Part shown: in pieces, positions 1 through 10,836 of the stretch
How the letters are laid out: every line of letters starts with the position of its first letter
Position numbering within the stretch: position 1 is the stretch's first letter
Translations under genes and position numbers: made by a program
Source of the DNA: Selaginella moellendorffii
Taxonomy: Eukaryota > Plantae > Lycopodiophyta
Assembly: GCF_000143415.4 (NCBI RefSeq)
Contig: NW_003314347.1
Span: forward strand, 271,438 to 335,437
DNA: 64,000 nucleotides
Direction: 5' to 3'
The notes under the pieces: generated by a model
The model's input: the letters and a program-made list of their open reading frames with translations, nothing else
The model's database searches: none
What the model was told of the DNA's origin: nothing

Positions 1-672
1 GGGGTATGGGGGGTTCCAAATGTATAGTAGGGATAGTGGGTAGGTCGAGCATGGTTGACCAATTTGAAGCATAGTCTAGCTCCCGCTTGCGTGCTTGTCC
101 TTGTTTTGCGTCTGGGGCTATGAGGGGTTCCAAATGTATAGTAGGGATAGTGGGTAGGTCGGGCATGGCCGACTAACTTGAGGCATAGTCTAGCTCCCGC
201 TTGTGTGCCTGTTCTTGTTCTACGTCTGGCTTGAGTCTAAGCCCAAATTCCATTCCATGCTAACTAGTGGAGTACACATGTCCTTGCGTTAGGCCACCGG
301 TATGCCGAAATAGCGCCAGACTCCATTTAGCTCCGTTTTGCATGTTAGTCCTGACATTAGGATGTTGGTTGCTCTAAGACTGTTCCAAGTCACTCCAGGC
401 TCCTATCCCTTCGCTCCTTGGGTTGTATGCTTAGGAGTTACTCTATGGTATGGTTCCATCACTCTTTGGCTTCATACCTGGGAGTTTGGCACCATTCCTT
501 CGTTCGGTGGTTCAAGGCCTTGAACCTCGAGTTCCACACCACTGTCCTATGGACACATGGCATGTGACATGTGGCACTAACACATGGCACATAGAGGGTT
601 TAAATTCCGCTTCATGGTGTTATCCTATAGTAAATCACCATAGGATAAAGGGTAAAAACCATGTGCGCTACA
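1..672 (+). mobile_element. Probable distal part of an LTR (3' or solo LTR) related to the chromovirus LTR, with a ~114-bp tandem duplication
   Basis: GGGGTTCCAAATGTATAGTAGGGATAGTG occurs at ~10 and ~124 and nearly matches the reverse complement of ~39529-39557 in the chromovirus LTR. Ends in ...GCGCTACA (672), like the other LTR ends here. No PBS follows. Confidence 0.55.
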
Positions 673-1509
673 CATTTGTGTCAATGATGCAATTTAATGT
701 TCATTTCTAAAGCCTCTTTTTTTGTGCAGAACTAAATATATCGGAGAGGATCAAGTTGGGAATGTTGTGGCTATAACATTATAGCCATCACTGAGACCTC
801 ACAAATAAATAATCATTTTTCAAATACTAATTATTCATACTCAAACTAAAAGAATCACAAAGACTAATAATCACAAGGAATTAAGTCTATCCTTAGTTTG
901 TCATTTGTCACATGCAAGCACCTATCATATAACTCTTGTTAGGCTCTCATCTATTATCCAAGCTTGAACTATACTTGAACTTGATTAGTTAACAGAACTT
1001 GAGCCTAAATCTCTAACACCAACCTGGAGAGTGATCCTAAATGTTTTAGTAAAAGAAATAGGGTATTTTAAAGATCTGAAAATTTAAATGTTTTTTCTTT
1101 AATTTGATGAACATGTACTTATATTTGAACCCATCCTTCAAATTTAACGTGACCACCACTTTCCACGACTCCTTGGGCAATGTTAAATCCTATGTCAGTC
1201 ATCCACTTACGGTATGGCTAAGCACTCAAGCTTCTAAAAGATTTCGCACAAGAAAAAGACAACTTATTTTGTGTCTATAATAGCTAGTTTCAAATCTCCT
1301 TTTTATCTCTTTGCAATTTGAACTTTTTACATCATTGGTTTTAGAGTAATGTCAATATTGTTTGTCACTTTCTAACATGGGACAAGAACTATGTAGAACT
1401 TCTTAGAGTTTATAACAGCTAAAGGTTTTCTTAAAAGCAAACAATATAAAAAACCTTTTTAACACTAATAAAGATTAAAGGCAGTTTATTTATAAACTAT
1501 AGACAAACT

Positions 1510-2021
1510 TTAACAATAATTTACTTTATAACGCAAGCTGTCATATTCAAGCCAAGCTCTAACAACGAACTGTGTAGGTTGTGAAAATTTATAAGGTTCA
1601 TCAGTTTCAGGAGGTGCAATTTCTACCCACTCAACAAACCAAGGTGCCTCACCTCCCCAATTATCATGAGACAATTCCATTTTGCAAATATGATCATATT
1701 CACCCAGGCAAGGAGCTGATAATCCCCCAAAAACATCAGTATGACATCTTTCAAAATCATTATAGTTTTTATGGTCTAAATTGCGAAACATTAATGTTTG
1801 TCCCTGTGAAGTAAAAAATACAGCATTCACATTTGCATCTGTTCCAGCATGGTCAACACATCCAGTCTTGATGGTCACTGTATATTGGCACTGAAAAACT
1901 CAAAACAAATCAGTATACTAGAAATAAATCAACCTGTTACCTGAGCATTAGCATCATATAACAGAAAAATGAGAAGAAAGAAGAGAGGAGGAAGAACAAA
2001 AGACCACAAATCTCTCCCCAT
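1510..2021 (-). CDS. Secreted PLAT/LH2-domain protein (PLAT1/ATS3-like), 2 exons (2021-1941, 1890-1510)
   Basis: Signal-peptide exon MGRDLWSFVLPPLFFLLIFLLYDANAQ and a GT-AG intron, then CQYTVTIKTG..AGTDANV..DFERCHTDVF..HDNWG..PWFVEWVEI, which are PLAT motifs. Confidence 0.85.
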
Positions 2022-2329
2022 TTACTAAGAGATATTTAGCTTGTCTAATCTTGCCCTTTAAAAAGCAGGAATTTTTTTGTCATGACATGCTAAAAGTTTA
2101 CATATATACTTTGAATTATCCATTCATTTCCAATGATAGTAGCAAGTCCACCAAGTTTTGCCCAGTCCAGCAAATGGTTAGATTTACAGTGCCAAATCTC
2201 TCTCCTGCAATATTATGTCTAGATTGCCTATAGAGATGGCAAGTACTTTAGATGTTAAACACTTCCAGTTTTATTTTCAAATTAAGAAAAAAGTATGAGT
2301 AAGATTTAGAAATATTGATATTATTATAC

Positions 2330-4480
2330 TATATGAGGTCCAATCCATGCACTTATAACCCACCTCCACTATAAACATGCATGTACTCCAACCAGTTCCA
2401 GCGTGCCTCATTGTCCAGCTTGTTGTTCTCCGGGTTATCCCCCAGAAATAGAGGATGAAGAGCAAAAGCAACTCCATAAATGATGTTGTGCATTTGATAC
2501 CACCTTGCCTCCTTCAGACCGGCAATGACACAAGGAGCCCAGGTTGCAACACCATCAATGCACCATGCTCTGCCCATCAATGCAAACATCAGGATGTCCA
2601 TGACCCATCTTTGCGTGCATCCAGCAAACACTTATTAGTTAGCAGAAGATTCATGCATACAGTTAACCTTAACCAGATTCTATTTTTTGGAGGACGATTC
2701 GTGTGCTGCATCTTTCTCGACGTATTCGAAGCTCCCATCAGCCTTCCTTACCTTTTCCATGTACTTCGTGGAAGACTCTCAGGCAGCAATCTAAGGCTAG
2801 TTCAGTACAATAACAAAGGAAAGAAGTCTTCCTTACTTGCTCACTCCCTGGCATGATGGATTTGATCCCTGTAAAAACGGCAGACATATGGGGCCTGTCT
2901 TGCAGTTCGTACTTGTCACCACAGGGCTCCGCTTGGTACGCATCCTTGGTCAGCCGCACAGGCTAAATCATCCTTGTGACTGCTCACTTCATCCACGGTT
3001 TGATCTGCTGCTCGAAATCAAACTTGTCATTGGCAGGCATTTTGTGGGTGATCACTCGGATCAGCAGCTGCTGGAAGATGAAAACATCCTGGTCTGCAAA
3101 GCAAGGGCTTGCACGAAGAAGCTTGCATGCTTGTTCTGTTGGGGACAATGAGGAAACTGGAGCCCGGGGAGATGGCTCACCGGCAGGTACCCTCGTTCCT
3201 GATGGGGCAGATGTCGCACATCCCGTATCTGCGTCACCTAATGCATAGAGAGCCCATCTATGATGACCATCTGTTAGGGTGTGGCCACTGAGAGAGTGAG
3301 AGAGAGAGAGGGAATATTTTGGTCCTCAAAATATTCTCTATCTTCCTTGTATAAAACCCTTGTCCCAAAAGGGTAGGGGGCATTTTCCCAAAGAGTATTG
3401 AAGCATTTGAGTGAGCATTGGGGGAGGTGCCCCTCCATCCCCTAACACGTCAAGGTGGGCTTTTTTGACGGACACCAAAGCTTCGAGGTTTACAGAATAA
3501 CTCGTAGCTTGGCAAGCCGCACAGCTGCCGCCACAAAGCCAGTAAATTAGAGCCTACTTGCTGTTGCCTTTCCTCGCTTGCGCTTCGCTGCATGCTGCTC
3601 AACAAACAACCTTTAACCTCGTCCTTTATATGACATCTACTCCATTTCTTAAGAATATTTATGATGCTTGGCAGCATGGCACCAAGCTTTCCCACAAAAC
3701 TATGTCCAGCTCCTCAGCACCACCCTTAGAGACAGCGAACAATTTTTGGGAGTGTGCTTCTCCATCCAGCAGAAGCTCGACAGTGCCAAGAACCTGGCCA
3801 GGCTGCAAGTGGACGTGAATCACGATGCAGGATTCCTTGAGACATCGCCTCAGGAGTCGTGGGCAGTGGAGCTCTTCGTGGTCGAGACTAAGAAGGCCAG
3901 TGAAGTGGAGGTGATTTGCAGACTTGTGCGTTGTGTCAAATCCAACATTGATGCTGCTTGGAGAGCCATCTGACAAGCCATGAATGGGGACATCCATATA
4001 AAACATAAGCTCAACAAAACACCCTTGCAAGTTCTCACTACCACTGTGCCAAATCTTTGGGCTGCCATGACATTCAAATGCTCTTTGGATCACATCGAAT
4101 TGCAATCCTTTCCTCTTCTCAGCATTTTTGGGAAGCAAGCAAGACCTGCACTTTGTTTGTATCAAGCTCCATGAGCTCCAATTCCTCTCGCATGGAGAAG
4201 CGCAAACAACCTGGCTTAAAATCCGGAGAGCCATGCGACGTAGATCAAGCATCTCTAAACCAAAAGAACTCCACCAGGTTACTGAAAACTTTCTGGTCTC
4301 CCGATCCTTGGCAACAGGTAACCTCATTTGCTGTCCAAGCAGTTGCCAAACCTCTCAAACTGTGCCTGCAATCTCAACTGCAAGTCCAGATCGGAGAAGT
4401 TCACGGACAGTCTAGTGGCGTCATTATGGTTGCGTTCCCAGTGCCCAAGGCTTTCCAGCATCGGTGTTTCAAAGCTCGGC
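2330..4480 (-). mobile_element. Degenerate hAT-family transposase remnants (DUF659-type core and C-terminal dimerisation domain)
   Basis: WWSSFGLEMLDLRRMALRILSQVVCASPCERNWSSWSLIQTK at ~4130-4290 (hAT dimerisation domain). TWAPC..RWYQMHNIIYGVAFALHPLF at ~2400-2550. Broken by stops and frameshifts; no TIRs identified. Confidence 0.7.
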
Positions 4481-4674
4481 CAGTGAAGACTTCGTGCAGC
4501 TTCCAAGCGTGGCCGAGTCTCCGACTGTGGTTGTGTGGATACCACCAAAGTCTGTCACACACTACTGGTTGTATTCTGATTCCGTGTCACTATTATCATG
4601 AAATAAATCAGCCAATTTTTTCCATGGTTGGTTAACTACTTTGTTTGATGAATCAGCTAACCTAGCTAGAGGAG

Positions 4675-5814
4675 ATGGGAATGAGATTGAGAATGAGAAC
4701 AAGGAGCTGTTCCTATGGATTTCCCTTGCTTGGTCTGACACTTTGTGCTATCTCACTATTGACAATCAGGTATAAAGCATCAAAAGAAAGACCAATCCTT
4801 GTTAAACTTGGAGAGCCTGTTGGAAACTTCACAGCTATGGTGATATTTATCTTTTGGATATACACACTTCTCTAATTCTTGTTCTTCCAGACAAACAGTG
4901 ATCTCCAGGAATTTCAGAAAGTTCTTGAAGTTGCGGCTCTTGATGACCAGAAGACCGTTTTGATAGGGCTGCTCAACAAGGCGTGGTGTGATCCAGGAGG
5001 AATGTTCGATACGTTCTTGGAGAGCTTTGATCTGGGAGAAGGAATAAGCTATTTGCTCAAGCATATGGTGATTGTGGCTGTGGATAGCTTTGCATACGAG
5101 AAATGCATCCACGCTGGGAAGGTCCATTGCTTCCAGTTTAGATTCAAGCCCGGTGTAAATTTCTCCGCGGAGCAAGTCTCCATGGCTCCAGATTACCTCA
5201 AATTGGTAAATCTCAAGACTTACCTTCTCGGCCTCGTCTTACAGTACGATTTCAACTTCATTTTCACTGTAAGTTGCGTGAATTTTTTTCCTTAGACATG
5301 GTATCTATCAGGTCCCAATTCTGGACAGGATATCGACATTGTTTGGTTCCGGCCTCCATTTCGTCACTTCTCCAAGCACGCAGATTTTGAGTCGGCTTGC
5401 GAAGTCTTCAACAACGACTCGTCAGACATCGCAAACTTGCAAAACACCGGGTTCCTTCACGTTGTCGCAAGCAATCGCACCAGGAGGCTGTTTGATCTGT
5501 GGCTGCAAATGCACCGGTTCCATCCTGGGCTTCACGATCAAGACGTATTTTACGAGCTCAAGAAGACCCAGCAGTTCAAAGACCTTGATCTCAGCCTCAA
5601 CTTCATGCCTACCGTCTATTTCGGTGGCTTCTGCACGGTGAGCTCGGATCTAGAAAAGGTTTGCACCAACCATGCAACTTGCTGCGTCGGACTTACAAAA
5701 AAGTTGGCGGGACAGAAGCAGGTACTTGAAGACTGGAAGCTGTTCAAGTCGATGACACCTCACGAGAGCAGATTGCAAGGCGTGGGATTCAAGCGTCCCA
5801 GCAACTGTCATTAG
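4675..5814 (+). CDS. Nucleotide-diphospho-sugar transferase (GT77-like, type II membrane), 3 exons (~4675-4839, 4891-5268, 5329-5814)
   Basis: N-terminal TM segment, FTDID (DxD) motif across the exon 2/3 junction, NTGF..SN, HDQDV, FGGFC and HATCCVGL motifs; GT-AG introns. Confidence 0.85.
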
Positions 5815-5868
5815 TCAGATCTTGATGTGAAGTATCATCTTTTTCAATTATACAGAAAACAATATATG

Positions 5869-7631
5869 TTATTTTGTGAGCCGAACTTTGTGAACAGCTT
5901 CCCCGTAAATGTTGTAGTAAACAATCTGTAACCACGACTTTGCGACTGAGAAGGACACAAATCCTTGCCCGTCGTAATAGAACTGCAAGCCATTCGAGTT
6001 TTGTGGTGGCGAAATTCCTTTCCAGGCCTTGGAGCCTCCACCGCTGGTTATAAAATGGATTGGACTGTGCAAAATCAAAACCATAGAAAGAGTTAGAGCG
6101 GAATTGTCAGGATGGATGAATCAACTACAAAGACAATCAAATCAAACTTAAGGATACCTGTCATCTCTCTTGACGTGTTCAAGGCAGTGGTCGTGCCCAT
6201 TGACGTAAACGTCCACGTTGTTTCCCTGTTTCAGCGCAGCAATGGGTTAGAACTGATCACAGGCACACGCGGCTTCGTTTTAAAGATTATTGCAGAACAT
6301 GACAAGGTAAAACAAGTCAAGGGAAGAATCTAAATGCACTGTATGATTTGCGACACAAGGCTTAGAAATATATTATTTACCTCGAGAATGGGAAGGAGTT
6401 GCCTCACTAGCTCAACGCTATCCCCGTGGGCTCCATAGCTTCTTATAGTGTGGTGGCCAACCACAATCTTCCAAGACGCGGTGGAAGCATTCAAAGCACT
6501 TGTCAAATTCTGGAAGAACCAATGTGAAATATTGATAGTATTGATTGATATGGAGCGTATATACCTCGAGCTTTTGCTGCAAATGGCGATGGCGAGGAAG
6601 GATATCCCTCCAGTCAAAGTCGTGCTTCTGGTTTGGCGCCCAATACTGGTCAATGAATGGAACTGTGTCAATGAAGAAGAGCTCTACTGTAGAAACGCGC
6701 GAGTCTACATCTCCTGTAGAAGAGTAAACGCGGCGGTTAGAAAGTTCTAGATTTGGAGGCACGCAAAGGTGCGAAAAATCTAGCAAGCTTTCAAAGCACG
6801 AAAACTAAAGAAACCATGTAAAACCATGGTTACCATGTATGGCTATGGCGAAACAAACCTCGGAAAAGAGATGGGCTCATATCAAAGATAAGTTGTGCGT
6901 CTCTCACGCAGTGCCATCTCCAATCGCGTAAACCAAGCCGTGGATCTAGCTGCGAGAACACGTCTCCGTGGTAGTCATGGTTGCCCAAGACTGCCAGCAC
7001 AAGGAAAAGAGATAATTAGATCGATAGTCTTGATCAAAGATTTGTATATCATACCTGCGTGCCATGGTTTCTGGAGCGCTGGAGCAGTATAGATTCGAGA
7101 GAAGGATTCATCAAATGCGATGTCATCCACTCCAGTCAGTCCATTCTTATAGAAATTATCTCCCACCGAGACCACGAAGTTTATCTCGAGCGCATCGCCG
7201 ATCTTTCCCATCTGGAAGAGCAATGCACACGAAAACTTGAGAAAAGGAGAGAAGAGTCACAAAGAACACCGACCTGGGAAGCAACCAAGCTCTGGTTATA
7301 CAATCCATGTCGTCCCCAATCGCCCAGCGCCAGGAAATTCACAGGAGCTCGTCGATCCACCGGCGAGACGATGGGATCCTCTGTTATCTCCACCCATCGA
7401 GCGGCGTCGAATTGGAAGAACCCACCAAGAGCGAGGAACCACACGGTGGCGAGGACGGCAAAAATCCCAAGAGCACACCCAGTAGCAGCGAGCTTGACCC
7501 GAGATTTGAGCTATAACAAAGTGGAGCGAAAGAAAAGGGATGAGATCGAAGCGAGAAAGATAGATCTCTTCCAACCTCACCTTGCTCGAGGCGGTTCTTC
7601 CCAGGAGCGCCACTTCCTCGTCGCGATCCAT
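5869..7631 (-). CDS. Purple acid phosphatase, low-molecular-weight type (PAP3/7/8/17-like), multi-exon
   Basis: GDWG, GDNFY, LGNHDY, VVGHH, GHDH and [11 protein letters not shown] motifs in successive exons separated by short GT-AG introns. First exon [17 protein letters not shown]. Confidence 0.9.
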
Positions 7632-8008
7632 TCTGGAATTCTAACGCTCGAGCTCATTCAATTCGTGATCAAAGCGAGGATTTCTTCGACACCACTCCTT
7701 AAATTCCAGGCGTGCACGGTGGAGACTATTCTCTCCAGGCGCATTGCGTGGAGGTGGGAGAGGTCTCATCTCCATCGCTCTAGAGCTCTACTTTAGCGTG
7801 CCAAGGACAACCAAGCCACGACGAATCTGGGCCGTCCAGCTGGCGTGTAAGGGCCGAGAATGTGAGCATATCCCTCGTAGAATATGTGACAAGGATAAGA
7901 TGCCGGTAAAAATTCCAAAAGATCCCCACTACGTCGTGATCATGCTTGGCGCATTTGCTTGTACGCACGATGTGATCTCCAACAAAAAAGCTCTCTTTTT
8001 TTTTTTAA

Positions 8009-9517
8009 TCAGAAAAAAATTCCAATCCCAGATTCCCGGACCGATTGCTGGAGTTGATCCATGATGCTTGAGCCGGACGTCGAGCAGCTTGATCTGGGAG
8101 GAGCTGCGAACGAAACCATACTGTTACACTGCTCGATCGCTGCTTGTCTCGCGATTTTGACGAGAAGATTGTCTTCTCCGTCGTCGCCCAAGACTGCTGG
8201 AGCAGTGGAGCTGCTGGGATTGTCTTGTCCTGGATCCGGAGAGCTGATGATCTTGGTTGTTTCATCCTCTCTCCCATTTTCCTGGAATGTCGCTGCCTGC
8301 CTCGCTAAGAAACTATCCTCTCTGGGTGGCGACGCGCTATAGCGATTGTTCTTCCACCACTCTCCAGGAGAAGGATCGTAGCTCGCCTCGTCCTTCCGAT
8401 CAATGTGCTCCAGCGCTGCCTGCCTCGCGGCTCGGGAGAGGAAGTTGTCCTCGTCCATCGGCGTCGCGGAGTAATCCTCCCAGTCCGGATCATAGTAGTC
8501 GGGACTGCTGCTCGAGTTCTTGGCTTGTTCTTCGACCATTTCCTCGTCGCCACCATCACCACCACCGAGCTTTTGCTTCTTCTCCTCCAGCTTCTGCTGC
8601 TTCTCCTCCAGCTTTTGCTTCTTCTCGATCTCCAACCGCTGTATGATCTTCTCGCGCTCCTCCTTGCTGACCGGCGCGTGAGAGAACTTACACTTCTCGC
8701 CATCCTTGCAAAAGCCCAGGGAGATGAAGAACTTGCACGGGAACTTGGCCGTGTCGTGAGAGAATGGGCATTCGTCACCCTTGAGGCAGCAGCGCGTGAG
8801 GAAGTACTTGCAGAGGTAGAGCTTCGTGTCGGGGACTTCCTCGTGAGAGAACGTACAGCTCTTGCCTTTGGAGCACCGCCCCTTCATGAAGTATCTGCAC
8901 AACACCGGCGGCTTTGGAGGCCTCTCGACTTGCGTGTAGACTGGCCGCCGCCTCGCCACCCCCATTGCTCGTTCCTTCTCGGCACGCTTGATCTTCCCTC
9001 GGGCTTTCTTCCTTTTCTTGCCTTCGTCGGAAAGACCTCTCTTTTTCTTCTTCTTTTCCTGTTCCTGCTCTTCTAGATCATTCTTTTTCCTCTTTTTGTT
9101 GTGTGCTTCTTCTTCCACTTTTGCTAGCAAAGCTTCCTTTCGATCCATGAGCTCCATCTCTTCTACAGACTTTTGCCGATCCAGATGCTCTGCAGTGAAA
9201 GAATGATAGCCTGCCTTCGCGATGATACCTAGTGGCTGTTCTGGCGGAAGGATTGTCTTCTCGGCCGCTGCTTCTAGCACTACCACAGTACCTGGCTCGT
9301 CGCGAGTGTCTCCAACGTCGCACGGCAGCTCTCCTTCTTCGAGATCGCCGGAATTTTCCTTCTTGTGCTCTTCCTCGATCTTTGGAGAGGCATCGACGAC
9401 GGCGCCCAGATCTTCCTTTAGCCTGCTACTCAGGGATCGAAACCCGGAGAAGCGCTTGCTCGATGTACTCATCGGGATTGCGATCAATGGCGGTGGCGCC
9501 CATGGAGGCTCTTCCAT
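8009..9517 (-). CDS. CCCH zinc-finger protein (three tandem C-x7/8-C-x5-C-x3-H fingers), intronless
   Basis: 502-aa ORF with LEEGEL, a basic NLS-like tract, and CRYFMKGRCSKGKSCTFSH / CKYFLTRCCLKGDECPFSH / CKFFISLGFCKDGEKCKFSH. Confidence 0.9.
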   Translation of the reverse strand: MEEPPWAPPPLIAIPMSTSSKRFSGFRSLSSRLKEDLGAVVDASPKIEEEHKKENSGDLEEGELPCDVGDTRDEPGTVVVLEAAAEKTILPPEQPLGIIAKAGYHSFTAEHLDRQKSVEEMELMDRKEALLAKVEEEAHNKKRKKNDLEEQEQEKKKKKRGLSDEGKKRKKARGKIKRAEKERAMGVARRRPVYTQVERPPKPPVLCRYFMKGRCSKGKSCTFSHEEVPDTKLYLCKYFLTRCCLKGDECPFSHDTAKFPCKFFISLGFCKDGEKCKFSHAPVSKEEREKIIQRLEIEKKQKLEEKQQKLEEKKQKLGGGDGGDEEMVEEQAKNSSSSPDYYDPDWEDYSATPMDEDNFLSRAARQAALEHIDRKDEASYDPSPGEWWKNNRYSASPPREDSFLARQAATFQENGREDETTKIISSPDPGQDNPSSSTAPAVLGDDGEDNLLVKIARQAAIEQCNSMVSFAAPPRSSCSTSGSSIMDQLQQSVRESGIGIFF

Positions 9518-9591
9518 CCCTCCAAAAACCCTAGCAATCTTTAAACTTTTCTTAGGGTTCTTGGCAATTTAAGCCCTGCTAGATTTTGGCT
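9518..9591. promoter_or_regulatory. 74-bp bidirectional intergenic region with telo-box-like motifs
   Basis: Divergent ATGs at 9517 and 9592. AAACCCTAG (~9526) and TTAGGGTT (~9552). Confidence 0.5.
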
Positions 9592-10836
9592 ATGGCTGTC
9601 TCGTGTGGATTCTTCCCTGGAAACGTGCTGTGGTGCGCGTTTGGAGCTTCGAGTGGCCTCAGATCTAGAATGCGGCCGCCAATGCTGTCGCGCTCGATTC
9701 AGTGCTGCGCAGAAGCGGCAATCGATGGTGAGTGTGAAGAAATATTTTGCCACTTCTCTTCTTACCAGAGCTTCTTGAGCTTCCAGAGGCAGCTGCTGTG
9801 GAACTCCCGTGCCTTCCTTTCAAGGCCGCGGAGGTATGCTCTCTAAGTGAGTCCCAATCGAGAACTCACGATTTTCTTTCCAGGTTTTGGTTCCTTCGTC
9901 TACAAAGACTTTGCATTTGTACGAGGCGAGATTTCTAGCGCTTCTGGAAGACGTAAAATGGTTCTCTTCTCGCGATTGTTTCGTTCACTGTTCTATTTCC
10001 TTGCAGGCTTTGCGGAAGTGCCACAATCTTTTCGTCCATGTTGTGATTGAGAGAACTGGACGATCAGCGAACGAGTATGCTTTTAGATATGGTTGCTTGA
10101 GCCACATCCTGCACGTAAGTTGTCGACACTGTAGCTACTAAGTCTTTCATCGTTTGAACACACAGGTGAAGCGCTTGGAAGTTGGAGCTCTAGTCACGAT
10201 ACGGGGAATTGGACGAGTGAGGCTGATCTCTTTGTCCCAGGTAGAGTTTTCGACTGTGATCCTCATTCGACCGATTGGTCTATTTTCCAGCTTGCAGATG
10301 GAACCATTTCTCAAGGGTGTCGTCGTTCCCGTGAAAGATGAGACGCCGAAGGACGCAGACCGGATACAATCCTCGGTTGAGAGCTTGAAGAAAACATTGT
10401 CTGACGTCCAGCAGCTCCAAATCAAGCTCAAGGTAAGCTGTGCTCTTCTTCTCTGTGCTTTTGAGTCTAGAGGCATTTCTTTTGCAGACTTCCAAAGATG
10501 AGCTCTTGCAAACTCCGTTGCAAAGAGCACTGGAGTGGGCTGAGAGGGCCAACTTCGGTGAGAACCTCAGCTATTTCGTTCCAAATCGTGAAGAACGGCT
10601 ATCTTTCGCAGCTTTGCAACCAATTAGTGGTATAGTAGCCTGGTCTTGCACGGGTTCTAACTTTGTGGATCTCTTCAGGTGCAAATGCTGGCGAGTTGAG
10701 GCAGCTGCTGGAACAGAGGCTCGTCGCCATGGATTCCACGGATACGCTTGAAAGATTAACCTCGTCCATGGAGTATGCGCAGCACAGCCGATCATCCGTC
10801 GCAGCAAAGGTAGCAATCCAGTCCTTGCAACTCTAG
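9592..10836 (+). CDS. LON peptidase N-terminal (substrate-binding) domain protein, likely plastid-targeted, multi-exon
   Basis: ELPCLPF, MVPSSTKTLHLYEARFLALLE, RLEVGALVTIRGIGRV, EERLSFAALQP and C-terminal AAKVAIQSLQL*; GT-AG introns. Confidence 0.85.
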
